Part shown: piece by piece, positions 27,285-36,717 of the stretch
Numbering within the stretch: position 1 is the stretch's first letter
Layout of the letters: each line of letters starts with the position of its first letter
Assembly (NCBI RefSeq): GCF_036387355.1
Contig: NZ_DASVTX010000080.1
Location: forward strand, 1 to 50,201
DNA from: Longimicrobium sp.
GTDB lineage: Bacteria; Gemmatimonadota; Gemmatimonadetes; Longimicrobiales; Longimicrobiaceae
Reading direction: 5' to 3'
DNA: 50,201 nucleotides
Position numbers and translations under genes: made by a program
Notes under the pieces: model-generated
Databases searched by the model: none
Told to the model about the DNA's origin: nothing
What the model saw: the letters and a program-made list of their open reading frames with translations, nothing else

Positions 27285-27303
27285 TGCTTTGCATTGCAAA
27301 GCA
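27285..27303. promoter_or_regulatory. Perfect palindromic operator copy 1
   Basis: TGCTTTGCA-T-TGCAAAGCA, 40 bp upstream of ATG 27245. Confidence 0.75.
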
Positions 27304-27359
27304 ACTCGCGTGCCGTGGAACTCTCCGGCTCCGGCCCGGATTCGGGGGCGGCCAGCGGG

Positions 27360-27620
27360 CTACCTGGCGCCGCAGAGGCGCGCGCCTTCGCGAAGGCGCA
27401 TCTCGATCATCTCGCAGCGGATGTACGACGGCGTGCGGGTGAACGTCACCTGCAGCGTGCCGTCGTTCCGGTTCCACGTGTAGTCCGCATCGGCGTCGGC
27501 GTGGTGAACGGAGCCGGTGTCCGTGTCGGGAAAGGTAACGCCCAGCCGCCGCGCCTCGCGCCGGCAGCACTCCCAGACCTCGGCGGTGATCCCCGTGAGT
27601 GTGATCGCAGGACAGGCCAT
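27360..27620 (-). CDS. Small hypothetical protein (86 aa, 5 Cys)
   Basis: GGGGAG RBS before ATG 27620; MACPAITLTGITAEVWECCRRE... Confidence 0.65.
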   Translation of the reverse strand: MACPAITLTGITAEVWECCRREARRLGVTFPDTDTGSVHHADADADYTWNRNDGTLQVTFTRTPSYIRCEMIEMRLREGARLCGAR

Positions 27621-27772
27621 CGATGCTCCCCGTCGGCACGTGAGTGGGTGAATGCGGAAAGCGCCGCGCGCAAACGGGGTGCCGTGGCGCGCCGGAACGT
27701 CGATTGCAAAGTCACGCTGCCAGCCGTGCGGCAGCAGCGGCGGCGCACGCGGACGCACACCAGGGAGAACCG

Positions 27773-28345
27773 ATGCGATACGATCAGGGATTCGGCCGGG
27801 GATACGACCGCGGGATGCAGGGCGCACGTCCGCGCGGATACGACTTCGGGCTGCGCGGATACAGCCAGACGGCGCCGGACCGCCGCCCCGTAGGGATGCG
27901 CGTGTACGACCGCGACTTCGGCCCGCGCGGGCGCACGGGCGGCGGGTACAACGGCGCGGGCGGGATGAACGCGAGCGGTGGCGGCGGATTCAACGGCGCG
28001 GGCCGAACGAACGCGGGGGGCGGGATGAGCGGGATGGCGGGGAGCTACGATGCGCCGTACCGCGGTCATCCCACGTACAACAACCGGGTGACGCAGCGGT
28101 ACAACCGGGACTACGTGAACCCGCAGCCCAACCAGTTCCGCGAGAACTACAACGCGTTCGGCGGCGACTTCGACCAGCGCATCGTGGATACGACCGGCTA
28201 CTGGCGGCCGTACAACACCATTGGCGGATCGTCTACCATGCGTGGCGGCGGCATGCCGATGGGGTGGGAGCGCGAGGCCTCCTACGGCCGCTACGACGAG
28301 GAGTTCCGCGGCTACGGCCGCGACTTCTACGGCCCGATGCGGTAG
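27773..28345 (+). CDS. Gly/Arg/Tyr/Asn-rich low-complexity protein
   Basis: GGGAGA RBS before ATG 27773; repeated RGYD/YDRDF/YGRDF motifs; strong GC3 bias. Confidence 0.8.
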   Translation: MRYDQGFGRGYDRGMQGARPRGYDFGLRGYSQTAPDRRPVGMRVYDRDFGPRGRTGGGYNGAGGMNASGGGGFNGAGRTNAGGGMSGMAGSYDAPYRGHPTYNNRVTQRYNRDYVNPQPNQFRENYNAFGGDFDQRIVDTTGYWRPYNTIGGSSTMRGGGMPMGWEREASYGRYDEEFRGYGRDFYGPMR

Positions 28346-28378
28346 GGTGGGGAGGGGGGCAGTGGAGGTGCACACCCC

Positions 28379-28682
28379 CTGAGCGAATGAATTCGCCGCA
28401 ACAACTGCGGAAAGTCCCCCCACACAGACGGGGGGACTTCACCTGCTCGGGGGGGGCCAAGGCCGGTGACAGATGCACAGATCCGCGCTGCCAAGGCTCT
28501 CCTGAGCGGATGAATCCGCCGCTCGAACAACAGTAAGCCCCGATTATGGCCGCTGACGCGTCCATGATCGGGGCTTCACCTGCACGCCGGGCCGGGTTTC
28601 CGGCGTGGACCTGGGGTTTGCCCCCTCTCCCACATCTGTTCGTGGGAGAGGGTGGCGAGCTTTAGCGAGCCGGGTGAGGGCC
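28379..28682 (+). repeat. Repeat cluster: two family-A elements plus one family-B element
   Basis: A copies at 28379-28446 and 28502-28583; B copy CCCCCTCTCCCACATCTGTTCGTGGGAGAGGG...GGGTGAGGG at 28621-28682. Confidence 0.8.
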
Positions 28683-28718
28683 ACAGCGTCCGCCGCGCCG
28701 GACTTCTGGTCCGATCAC

Positions 28719-28757
28719 GAAAGAGCCCCGGGCGCATTCCGCGCCCGGGGCTCTTTC
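28719..28757. terminator. Stem-loop terminator downstream of the HNH gene
   Basis: GAAAGAGCCCCGGGCGC-ATTCC-GCGCCCGGGGCTCTTTC. Confidence 0.75.
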
Positions 28758-28768
28758 GTTTCCTTCGA

Positions 28769-29590
28769 TCAGGCCGCCCCCCGACGGCCGGTGCGGCCGC
28801 CGCGTGGATCCACGCGCAGCCGGCGGCGGCGTCCGCGGCGCCGCTTCCATCCGTCCAGCGAAACGACCTTGCTCTCGTTCGCCTCCTCGTCCGCGGCCGC
28901 GTCCTCGCGGCCCGCACCCGTGCGGTGCGCGCGCCGCCGTTCGCGCTCCAGTTCCTGCAGCACGCGCTCAGCGGGCGCCTCCCACACCAGCGCCAGCGTG
29001 CCGATGAGCGCCGCCATCCCCCGGGCGATGGTGGCGGCGTGCAGCCCGTCACCGCTTTCCATCGCTGCGGGAAGCAGGCAGCTGGGCGCCTCGGGCACGG
29101 TGCGGTCGCGGGTGCGCTCCAGCCGCACCGCGGCCGCCGTCACGATGCGGCGCGCGGCGTAGCGCCGCCGGTGCAGCCGCCGGCCGGCGCACAGCCGGTC
29201 CAGCTGCGTGCGCCAGGGCTGGTCGCCGGCGGAGCTTTCCGCCAGCAGCAGCATGGCCGCGTAGACCTCCGCGAACACGCGGACGTCGATCTGGCGGACG
29301 GTATTCTGATCGAGGGTGGAGAGGTATTCCAGAAAAGCCAGGATGCGCCCGGGACGGGCGAGGAGAAAGAGAACGATTTCCTGGCAGCCCCGCCGCTGGT
29401 TGCAGTCGGCGCAGGCGGGAACAATGATGCGGGCGTCTCGTCTGCGTCCCCCGCGTGCCTGCGGGATCACGTGTTCCCGGGTCAAAGGCCGGTCCGGTGC
29501 CGCGGGGGCCCGGCAGTACACACATCTTCCGTTTCTGATGCGGTGCTCCAGCTCGCGCTGCAGCGCCCCGCCCGATCCGTGTTCGCGCAC
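28769..29590 (-). CDS. HNH endonuclease domain protein with C-terminal extension
   Basis: CVYC...TREHVIPQARGG...IIVPACADCNQRRG. Confidence 0.85.
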   Translation of the reverse strand: MREHGSGGALQRELEHRIRNGRCVYCRAPAAPDRPLTREHVIPQARGGRRRDARIIVPACADCNQRRGCQEIVLFLLARPGRILAFLEYLSTLDQNTVRQIDVRVFAEVYAAMLLLAESSAGDQPWRTQLDRLCAGRRLHRRRYAARRIVTAAAVRLERTRDRTVPEAPSCLLPAAMESGDGLHAATIARGMAALIGTLALVWEAPAERVLQELERERRRAHRTGAGREDAAADEEANESKVVSLDGWKRRRGRRRRLRVDPRGGRTGRRGAA

Positions 29591-29933
29591 GTACGCTCCC
29601 GGTCAAAGGAGTGCCGGCCTGCTGGCCGGTGCGGCCCGCGTACCGCCTGCCGTGCGGTGCGCGGGTAGGGGATGTCTGGTCTGCGGAAGTGCTACTTCGG
29701 TGCCAAGGATGGCCGCTGCTCGTCACAGCGGCCCCACGTGTACGTATCCGTTGTACCGTGTACCGGTCCTGGTAGTTTCAGCGGGGTGTCCGGGAAAGGA
29801 GGAGGGTGGGCACGGGTTGGGTCCCGGCGGCTCCGGACGGGCCGTCGTGCACAATAGGTAGTGTGCCGGGCGCGGAAACGAAAGAGTCTTGTCGCTGGAT
29901 CCGCCGCCCGGACCGGCGTGGGGGAGCTGGGGG

Positions 29934-30411
29934 ATGAATCGCCGCAACACGGGCGGAAGGTCTCCCCAAACAGACGGGGAGACTGTACCTGCACGTGCGT
30001 TCGGATGCCGGTGGGGGTCGCGGAGTCCAGGGCGGCCCCCACCCGGGCCGGCACCACCGGCCCACCCTCGCCAAAAAAGACTGGGGGAGGGTTGCCGGGG
30101 CGTGAGGTTTCGGGTGGGGATCCGGGCTCGGCGGGGCGCCTGCAGAGCGACTGAAGTCGCCGCAACAACGGCTGAAAGCCTCACGATACAGCTGTGAGGC
30201 TGCTCCCGCTCGGGCGATGAGTTCGATGCCGAACGCAGCCCTCGCGCTGAGGTCTCCCTTACCCCAGGGTTTTCTGGGGGAAGGGTCGGGGATGGGGGCC
30301 TCTCTCCGCGGCGCCGAACTTCGCCTCCCGCGCCAATCTGGGGTGTGCCCCCTCTCCCACATCTGTTCGTGGGAGAGGGTGGACGCGTCTCAGCGCGGAC
30401 GGGTGAGGGCC
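29934..30411 (+). repeat. Repeat cluster: two family-A elements, further hairpins and one family-B element
   Basis: A copies at 29934-29992 and 30145-30201; B copy at 30348-30411. Confidence 0.8.
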
Positions 30412-30469
30412 ACAGCCGAGGCGGCAACGATCCCGGGAGAACCGCTCCTTGGCCGCGGGTTCCTCGACC

Positions 30470-33298
30470 CTACTTGGTCTCGAACCAGCTGTGCCCCACG
30501 CCACCGGCCACCTTGAGCGGCACCTTGAGCGTGGCCGCGCCCTCCATGCGCTCCCGCACGAACTCGCGCACCGCGTCCTCGGTTCCGATGGGCGTCTCGA
30601 ACAGCAGTTCGTCGTGCACCTGCAGCAGCATCTTCGCGGGCACCACGCCGGCCGCGATGTCGTTCTGAATGCGGATCATGGCGATCTTGATCAGGTCGGC
30701 CGACGAGCCCTGAATGGGCGCGTTGGTGGCCGCCCGCTCGCCGAACGCCCGCACGTTCCAGTTGCGGGACTGGATCTCGGGAATGTACCGCCGCCGCCCC
30801 GTGAGCGTTTCCACGTACCCGCGCGTGCGCGCCAGCTCGATCTGCTCGTCCAGGTAGCGCCGCACGCCCGGAAAGCGCGTGAAGTACGCCTCGATGAACG
30901 CCTTGGCTTCCGCCTGGCTGATCCCCAGCTGCTGCGCCAGCGAGAACGGCCCCTGCCCGTAGATGATGCCGAAATTCACCGTCTTGGCGCGGTCGCGCAT
31001 CTCCTTGGTCACCGACTCCACCGGCACCTCAAAGATCAGCGCCGCCGTCTGCCGGTGAATGTCGGCCCCGGCGCGGAACGCCTCCACGAACGCCTCGTCC
31101 TCGGAGTAGTGGGCCAGAATGCGCAGCTCGATCTGGCTGTAGTCCGCGGAAACGAACACGTGCCCCTCCGCGGGGACGAAGCCGCGGCGGATCTCGGCCC
31201 CCATCTCCGTTCGGATGGGGATGTTCTGCAGGTTGGGGTCGGTAGATGACAGGCGCCCCGTGGCGGCAACCGTCTGGTTGAACGAGGTGTGGATGCGACC
31301 CGTCTCCGGGTTCACCATCAGCGGCAGCGCGTCCACGTAGGTGCCGCGCAGCTTGTCCACGTGGCGGTACTGCATCAGCAGCGTGGGCAGGCGGTGGCCC
31401 TGCGCGGCCAGCGCCTGCAGCACGTCCACATCCGTCGACGCACCCGTCTTGGTCTTCTTGATGACGGGGAGCCCCAGCTTGCCGAACAGGATTTCCCGCA
31501 GCTGCGGCGTGCTGCCGATGTTGAACTCCTCGCCCGCCTCCGCGTAGATCTCGCGCTCCAGCTGGCTCTGCTGCGCGCGCAGGTCCTCGCTCATGCGCGC
31601 AAAGAACGGCTCGTCGATGCGAATGCCGTTGTATTCCATTTCCGCCAGCACGTGCACCAGCGGAAGCTCCACGTCGCGGAACAGGTGGTCCAGCTCCAGC
31701 GCCTGCATCTCCGGGCCGAACTTGTCCGCCAGCCGCAGCGTGATGTCGGCGTCCTCGGCGGCGTAGGTGCAGGCGACGTCCAGCTCCACTTCGGCGAACG
31801 GGATCTGCGCCTTGCCCTTTCCGGCGACCTCTTCGTACGTGATCGTCTTGTGGTCCAGGTGCTGAAGCGCGAGCGAATCCATCCCGTGCTCGCGCCGCCC
31901 CGGCTCCAGGACGTAGCTGGCCACCATGGTGTCGAACGCGATCCCCCGCAGGTCGATCCCCTCGCGGCGGAACACGAGATAGTCGTACTTGAGGTTCTGC
32001 CCCACCTTTTCGACCGCGGCGTCCTCCAGCAGGTCCAGCAGCGGCCGCATCTCGGCCGAGTGCAGGTCCGGCAGGTTGCGCAGGACGGCGCACTGCGGGC
32101 CGTCCGGCCCCACGACGGGCGTATCGTCGCCCAGCAACTCGCCCTGGTCCGGCCCGCGCGTGCGGTGGCGGAACGGGAGGTAGAACGCCTCGCCTACCAC
32201 CACGCCGATGCTGATGCCGCACAGCGTGGCCCGCATGGGGTCCTTGCTGTCCGTTTCCGTGTCCACGGCAAAGCGGCCGGCCTCGCGGGCGCGGGCCACG
32301 AGCTCGTGCACCTCTTCCGTGGTGCTCAGCAGGCGGTACTCGCCGGCCAGGCGGCTGGGGGCGGAGGGTGCGCCGTCGCCCGCTTCGCCGGTGCTGGCGG
32401 GAAGGGAGGCGGCGAACTCGCGGGCCAGCGTGTTGAACTCCAGGTCCAGGAACAGGTCCTTGAGCGCGCCGCGGTCCGGCTCGCGCAGCCGCAGCGCATC
32501 CGCATCCAGCTCCACCGCAAGGTCTTCGCGAATGGTCACCAGCCGGCGCGACAGGCGGGCGCTGTCGGCAAAAGCCTCCAGTGCCTCGCGGGCCCGCTTG
32601 CTCCTGATCTCCGCCGTGTGCGCGATGATGTCTTCGATGGAGCCGTACTGCTCGATCAGCTGAATGGCGGTCTTGGGTCCGATGCCGCTGACGCCGGGGA
32701 CGTTGTCGCTGCTGTCGCCGATCAATCCCAGGTAGTCCACCACGTGCCTGGGCGGCACGCCGAGCCGCTCGTGCGCGTTGCGCTCATCCACCCATTCCTC
32801 TTCCACCGCCGTGGGGCCGCCGCGGCCGGGGTTCAGCAGGCACACGTGCGGGCGGATGAGCTGGTAGAAGTCCTTGTCGCCGCTCACGATGACCGCTTCC
32901 AGCCCCGCATCCACCGCCTTTTTTGCGAGCGTGCCGATCACGTCGTCGGCCTCGTAGCCCTGCAGTTCCAGCACGGGAATGCGGAACGCCTCCACGAGCT
33001 GGCGAATGCGGGGGATGGAAAGCGCCAGCTCGTCCGGCATTTTTTCGCGCGTGGCCTTGTACTGGGGGTACATTTCCACGCGTTCGCTGTCGCCCGCGTC
33101 GAACACCATGCCCAGGTAGTCCGGCTGGTGCTGGTCGATGATCTTGATGAGAAAGCGCGCCACCCCGAACGCCGCCGAGGTGTTCTCGCCGCGCGACGAC
33201 ACCAGCGGGCGCGAGATCAGGGCGAAGAACGCACGGTAGATCAACGCGTATCCGTCGATCAGGTACAGGCGTTCGCGGGTTTTTTCGGGCTTTTCCAC
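30470..33298 (-). CDS. polA: DNA polymerase I
   Basis: LIDGYALIYRAFF and GDSSDNVPGV (5'-3' exonuclease), DTET (3'-5' exonuclease), TGRLSS, DYSQIELR, AKTVNFGIIYG and LQVHDELL. Confidence 0.98.
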   Translation of the reverse strand: MEKPEKTRERLYLIDGYALIYRAFFALISRPLVSSRGENTSAAFGVARFLIKIIDQHQPDYLGMVFDAGDSERVEMYPQYKATREKMPDELALSIPRIRQLVEAFRIPVLELQGYEADDVIGTLAKKAVDAGLEAVIVSGDKDFYQLIRPHVCLLNPGRGGPTAVEEEWVDERNAHERLGVPPRHVVDYLGLIGDSSDNVPGVSGIGPKTAIQLIEQYGSIEDIIAHTAEIRSKRAREALEAFADSARLSRRLVTIREDLAVELDADALRLREPDRGALKDLFLDLEFNTLAREFAASLPASTGEAGDGAPSAPSRLAGEYRLLSTTEEVHELVARAREAGRFAVDTETDSKDPMRATLCGISIGVVVGEAFYLPFRHRTRGPDQGELLGDDTPVVGPDGPQCAVLRNLPDLHSAEMRPLLDLLEDAAVEKVGQNLKYDYLVFRREGIDLRGIAFDTMVASYVLEPGRREHGMDSLALQHLDHKTITYEEVAGKGKAQIPFAEVELDVACTYAAEDADITLRLADKFGPEMQALELDHLFRDVELPLVHVLAEMEYNGIRIDEPFFARMSEDLRAQQSQLEREIYAEAGEEFNIGSTPQLREILFGKLGLPVIKKTKTGASTDVDVLQALAAQGHRLPTLLMQYRHVDKLRGTYVDALPLMVNPETGRIHTSFNQTVAATGRLSSTDPNLQNIPIRTEMGAEIRRGFVPAEGHVFVSADYSQIELRILAHYSEDEAFVEAFRAGADIHRQTAALIFEVPVESVTKEMRDRAKTVNFGIIYGQGPFSLAQQLGISQAEAKAFIEAYFTRFPGVRRYLDEQIELARTRGYVETLTGRRRYIPEIQSRNWNVRAFGERAATNAPIQGSSADLIKIAMIRIQNDIAAGVVPAKMLLQVHDELLFETPIGTEDAVREFVRERMEGAATLKVPLKVAGGVGHSWFETK

Positions 33299-33441
33299 GG
33301 GGCGTTCGCAGGCCGGGTCATGGGATGGATGGAGCGCGGGCAATCTACCCGTCCGCACGCGCCGCCGCCAAGCCATGGGTGATCGCGCCGATCCGCCCGT
33401 ATGGCGCAGAGGCGCGGAGGATGAGGGATCATCCTCATCAG

Positions 33442-33474
33442 TCCCTATTCCCTATTCCCCATTCCCTATTCCCT
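33442..33474. repeat. Heptamer tandem repeat (TCCCTAT), about 4.5 copies
   Basis: Lies between divergent polA and ppx; the same unit occurs inverted at 45987-46024. Confidence 0.85.
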
Positions 33475-33533
33475 GTCGTTACCCGCGGTCCGGGGTTTGC
33501 GCCCGTCCCAAGCACCTCCTGACCGGTCTGCCA

Positions 33534-35111
33534 ATGATCCAGCTGCTGTCTCGCTCGTCCAAGGCCCCCGATGCCGTGCCCGGCTTTCCGCTGCGCGCGG
33601 CGGCCGTGGACGTGGGCTCCAACGCCATCCGCTTTCTGGCCGCGGAGTTCACCGGGCTCACCACCTACAAGGTCCTCGCCGAGGTGCGCCAGCCCGTGCG
33701 CCTGGGCCATGAGGTGTTCCTGAGCGGCAAGCTCGCGCGGTCCGCCATGGAAGCCGCCGTGGAAGCCATCGGCGGGTTCCGCGACCGCATGGAATCGCTC
33801 GGGATCGCGCATTACCGCGCGGTGGCCACCAGCGCCACGCGCGAAAGCCGCAACGGCGGCGAGTTCGTGGCCCGCGTGGCGCGCGAAACGGGCATTCAGC
33901 TGGAGGTCATCACCGGCCGCGAAGAGGCGCGTCTGGTCTATGAGGCCATTCGCGCCAACACGCCGTTCGGCAAGAAGAAGTGGATGCTGGTGGACCTGGG
34001 CGGCGGCAGCGTGGAGGTGTCGCTGGTGGACTCCAGCAGCATTCTGTGGAGCGAGTCGCACACCATGGGCTCGGTGCGCCTGCTGGAAGAGCTGGCCACC
34101 TCCGGCGAGGAGCCCGGCCGCTTTCAGCGCCTGCTGGCGGAATACGCGGCCACGCTGCGCATTCCCGTCATCACCAAGCAGTGGAACCCGGCGGGATTGA
34201 TCGCCACGGGCGGCAACATCGAGGCGCTCGCGCGGCTGGTGGGCGCGGAGCCCGGACGCGGCCGGCTGGCCACGGTGTCGCTGGCGGACCTGCGCGGCGC
34301 CATCGACAAGCTGTCGCGCCTTTCGTATCGCGAACGGGTGGAACAGCTTGGCCTGCGCGAAGACCGCGCGGACGTCATTCTCCCCGCGGCGATGGTGTAC
34401 GAGCGCGTGGCGTCGCTGGCCGGCGCGACGGAGATCCTGGTGCCCGCCGTGGGCCTCAAGGACGGCGTGCTGGTGGACCTGGTGGAGGACCTGACCACCC
34501 ACGAGGCGCACGAAGACCGCAAGGAGCGCGACGCCGTGGCCGGCGCGCTGGCGCTGGGCAAGCGCTACCTGTTCGATGAAAACCACGCCACGCACGTCGC
34601 GCGGCTGGCGGGGTCGCTGTTCGACCAGCTCCAGAAGGTGCATCGGCTGGAAGCCTCCGACCGCCGCATTCTGATGGCCGCCGCGGTGCTGCACGACATC
34701 GGCATCTTCATCGGCCACAAGAAGCACCACAAGCACTCGCTGTACATCATTGGCCAGAGCGAAATTCCCGAATTCACGCCGCGGGAAATCGACATCATGG
34801 CCAACGTGGCGCGCTACCACCGCAAGGGCACGCCGGCGGTCCACCACGAGCACTTCACCCGCCTGGCTTCGGACGACCGCGAGCGGGTGGTCAAGCTGGC
34901 CTCGCTGCTGCGCATTGCCGACGCGCTGGACCGCGAGCATCTGCAGGCCGTCCGTTCCGTGAAGGCGAACACGAGCAAGACCAGGCTCACGCTGGAGCTG
35001 GACGGCGAAGGTGACCTGCTGCTGGAGCGCTGGGCCCTGCGCAGAAAGGCGGGCCTGTTCACCGAGACCTTCGGCCTCGAGGTGGAGGTCGCGGGCGAAA
35101 AGTCCGAGTAG
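33534..35111 (+). CDS. ppx: Ppx/GppA exopolyphosphatase with C-terminal HD domain
   Basis: VDVGSNAIR, ATSATRE, ITGREEARL, DLGGGSVE and LHDIG...HHKHS. Confidence 0.93.
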   Translation: MIQLLSRSSKAPDAVPGFPLRAAAVDVGSNAIRFLAAEFTGLTTYKVLAEVRQPVRLGHEVFLSGKLARSAMEAAVEAIGGFRDRMESLGIAHYRAVATSATRESRNGGEFVARVARETGIQLEVITGREEARLVYEAIRANTPFGKKKWMLVDLGGGSVEVSLVDSSSILWSESHTMGSVRLLEELATSGEEPGRFQRLLAEYAATLRIPVITKQWNPAGLIATGGNIEALARLVGAEPGRGRLATVSLADLRGAIDKLSRLSYRERVEQLGLREDRADVILPAAMVYERVASLAGATEILVPAVGLKDGVLVDLVEDLTTHEAHEDRKERDAVAGALALGKRYLFDENHATHVARLAGSLFDQLQKVHRLEASDRRILMAAAVLHDIGIFIGHKKHHKHSLYIIGQSEIPEFTPREIDIMANVARYHRKGTPAVHHEHFTRLASDDRERVVKLASLLRIADALDREHLQAVRSVKANTSKTRLTLELDGEGDLLLERWALRRKAGLFTETFGLEVEVAGEKSE

Positions 35112-35245
35112 ACGGGCGGCGCGGCGGGTCCCTCCCCGCGCTCTCCGCATTCGCGAGAACGGATGATTTCCGCTCCGCGTTCCGCATGATTTCCGCGCCC
35201 GGCGGGTTGCTCCCGCGGCGCACCTCTCCGGCCACCCACGGCTGC

Positions 35246-36097
35246 ATGGCCCGCGTCGTCCTGATCACCAACGACAGCATGCACGGGCGCCGCGTGCTGC
35301 AGGCGCTGTGGGAACGCGGCATCGTGCTGGACGCGGCGCTGTATCTTACGGGCGGATATGGACTCCCGGCGCCGCGAGGCGTGGGGTTCATGGGGCGGAT
35401 CGCCCAGTGGCCGCGTGCCGTCGCCCGAACGGCGCGGCGCCGGCTGCGGTTCGTGCGGGAGCGGCGGGCAGCGTACGCCAGCCGGTGTGCGCGTGTGGTC
35501 GGCACGGGCGCGATGAACAGCCCGCGGCTGCTGCGCGATCTGCGCGCGCTGTCGCCGGACTGGATCGTTCTCGGGGGCGGAGGAATCCTGCGCGACGAGG
35601 TGATCGCGGCGGCGCGCCTCGGCGTGCTGAACGCGCATCCCGCGCTGCTTCCGTGGATTCGCGGAACCGGCGTCACGGGGCACGCGCTGGAGCACGGGGT
35701 CGCGCTCGGTGCCACGCTGCACCGGGTGGATCGCGGGATCGACACCGGCGCCATCCTGCAGCGTCGCTTGATCCCGGTCGGCACGGAAGGCGCCACGCTG
35801 GATGCGCTCGAACTGAACTGCCTGCAGCTCGCCGCGGAGATGATGGCCGACGCGGTGCAGGCGATCGTCGGCGGCGGGGAACTGCCGGCGGGCACCCCGC
35901 AGTCCGCCCGCTATCCGCTGTTCACCTTTCCCACGGATCACGAAGCGCGGCGGCACCGGGCCCTGCCCGCCGATGTCCGCGCCCGCGCGCTTTTTGACGC
36001 GTGGCGCCCGCTGTGCGCCGATCCCGAACGCCTCATCCTCCCCGCCGACCTCGCCACGCCCGCGACGGTGACGCTGCCGCCCGCCAAAGAGCGATAG
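35246..36097 (+). CDS. Formyltransferase family protein
   Basis: LNAHPALLPWIRG and GATLHRVDRGIDTGAIL. Confidence 0.85.
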   Translation: MARVVLITNDSMHGRRVLQALWERGIVLDAALYLTGGYGLPAPRGVGFMGRIAQWPRAVARTARRRLRFVRERRAAYASRCARVVGTGAMNSPRLLRDLRALSPDWIVLGGGGILRDEVIAAARLGVLNAHPALLPWIRGTGVTGHALEHGVALGATLHRVDRGIDTGAILQRRLIPVGTEGATLDALELNCLQLAAEMMADAVQAIVGGGELPAGTPQSARYPLFTFPTDHEARRHRALPADVRARALFDAWRPLCADPERLILPADLATPATVTLPPAKER

Positions 36098-36112
36098 TTA
36101 TTTGGAACAACG

Positions 36113-36148
36113 AACGCCGGCGGAGCACGATGCTCCGCCGGCGTTTTC
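36113..36148. terminator. Bidirectional terminator
   Basis: AACGCCGGCGGAGCA-CGA-TGCTCCGCCGGCGTTTT between convergent genes. Confidence 0.75.
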
Positions 36149-36182
36149 GTCTGGATACGCGACCGCCGAGCGCGGGCGAGCC

Positions 36183-36593
36183 TCAGCCCTTCTGCTCCAC
36201 GTGCCGGCCGAAGTTGTCCAGAATGGCCTGCCACCCCTGCCGCTGCATCTCCGCATCGTTCTGGGTTTCGGCATCGAACGTTTCCCGCACCAGCACCCCG
36301 CCCTCCTGCTCGCTGAATTCCACGCTCACCGTGCGCTCGTCGCCCAGGCTGTACTCAATGAGCCGCTGCGGCACGATGCGCGTGTACGTTCCTTCGAAGT
36401 CGAAGCCCATACTGCCGTCCCGGGCCTCCATGCGCGACAGGAACGTTCCCCCTTCACGCAGATCGACGGTGCTGCGGGGCGTATGCCAGCTCTCGTGGGC
36501 GGTGTTCCACTGCATGATGTCTTCGGGCGAGTTCCACGCATCCCACACCTTGCCCAGGCCGGCCTTTACGAGCGTCTCAACGGTAATCTTCAT
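36183..36593 (-). CDS. SRPBCC/AHSA1 (START-like) family protein
   Basis: KVWDAWNSPEDIMQW, DLREGG and QRQGWQAILDNF. Confidence 0.9.
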   Translation of the reverse strand: MKITVETLVKAGLGKVWDAWNSPEDIMQWNTAHESWHTPRSTVDLREGGTFLSRMEARDGSMGFDFEGTYTRIVPQRLIEYSLGDERTVSVEFSEQEGGVLVRETFDAETQNDAEMQRQGWQAILDNFGRHVEQKG

Positions 36594-36717
36594 CGGAGTC
36601 TCAAATCGGAGGTGAAAAGCGCTGCACACCCACGCGTCGAACGAGCAGCGCGGAATTCGACACCCGCCTTCGGGGCGGGACAGCGGCTCGGCGGCCGGAG
36701 TGCGTGTCGGGGCTGAA

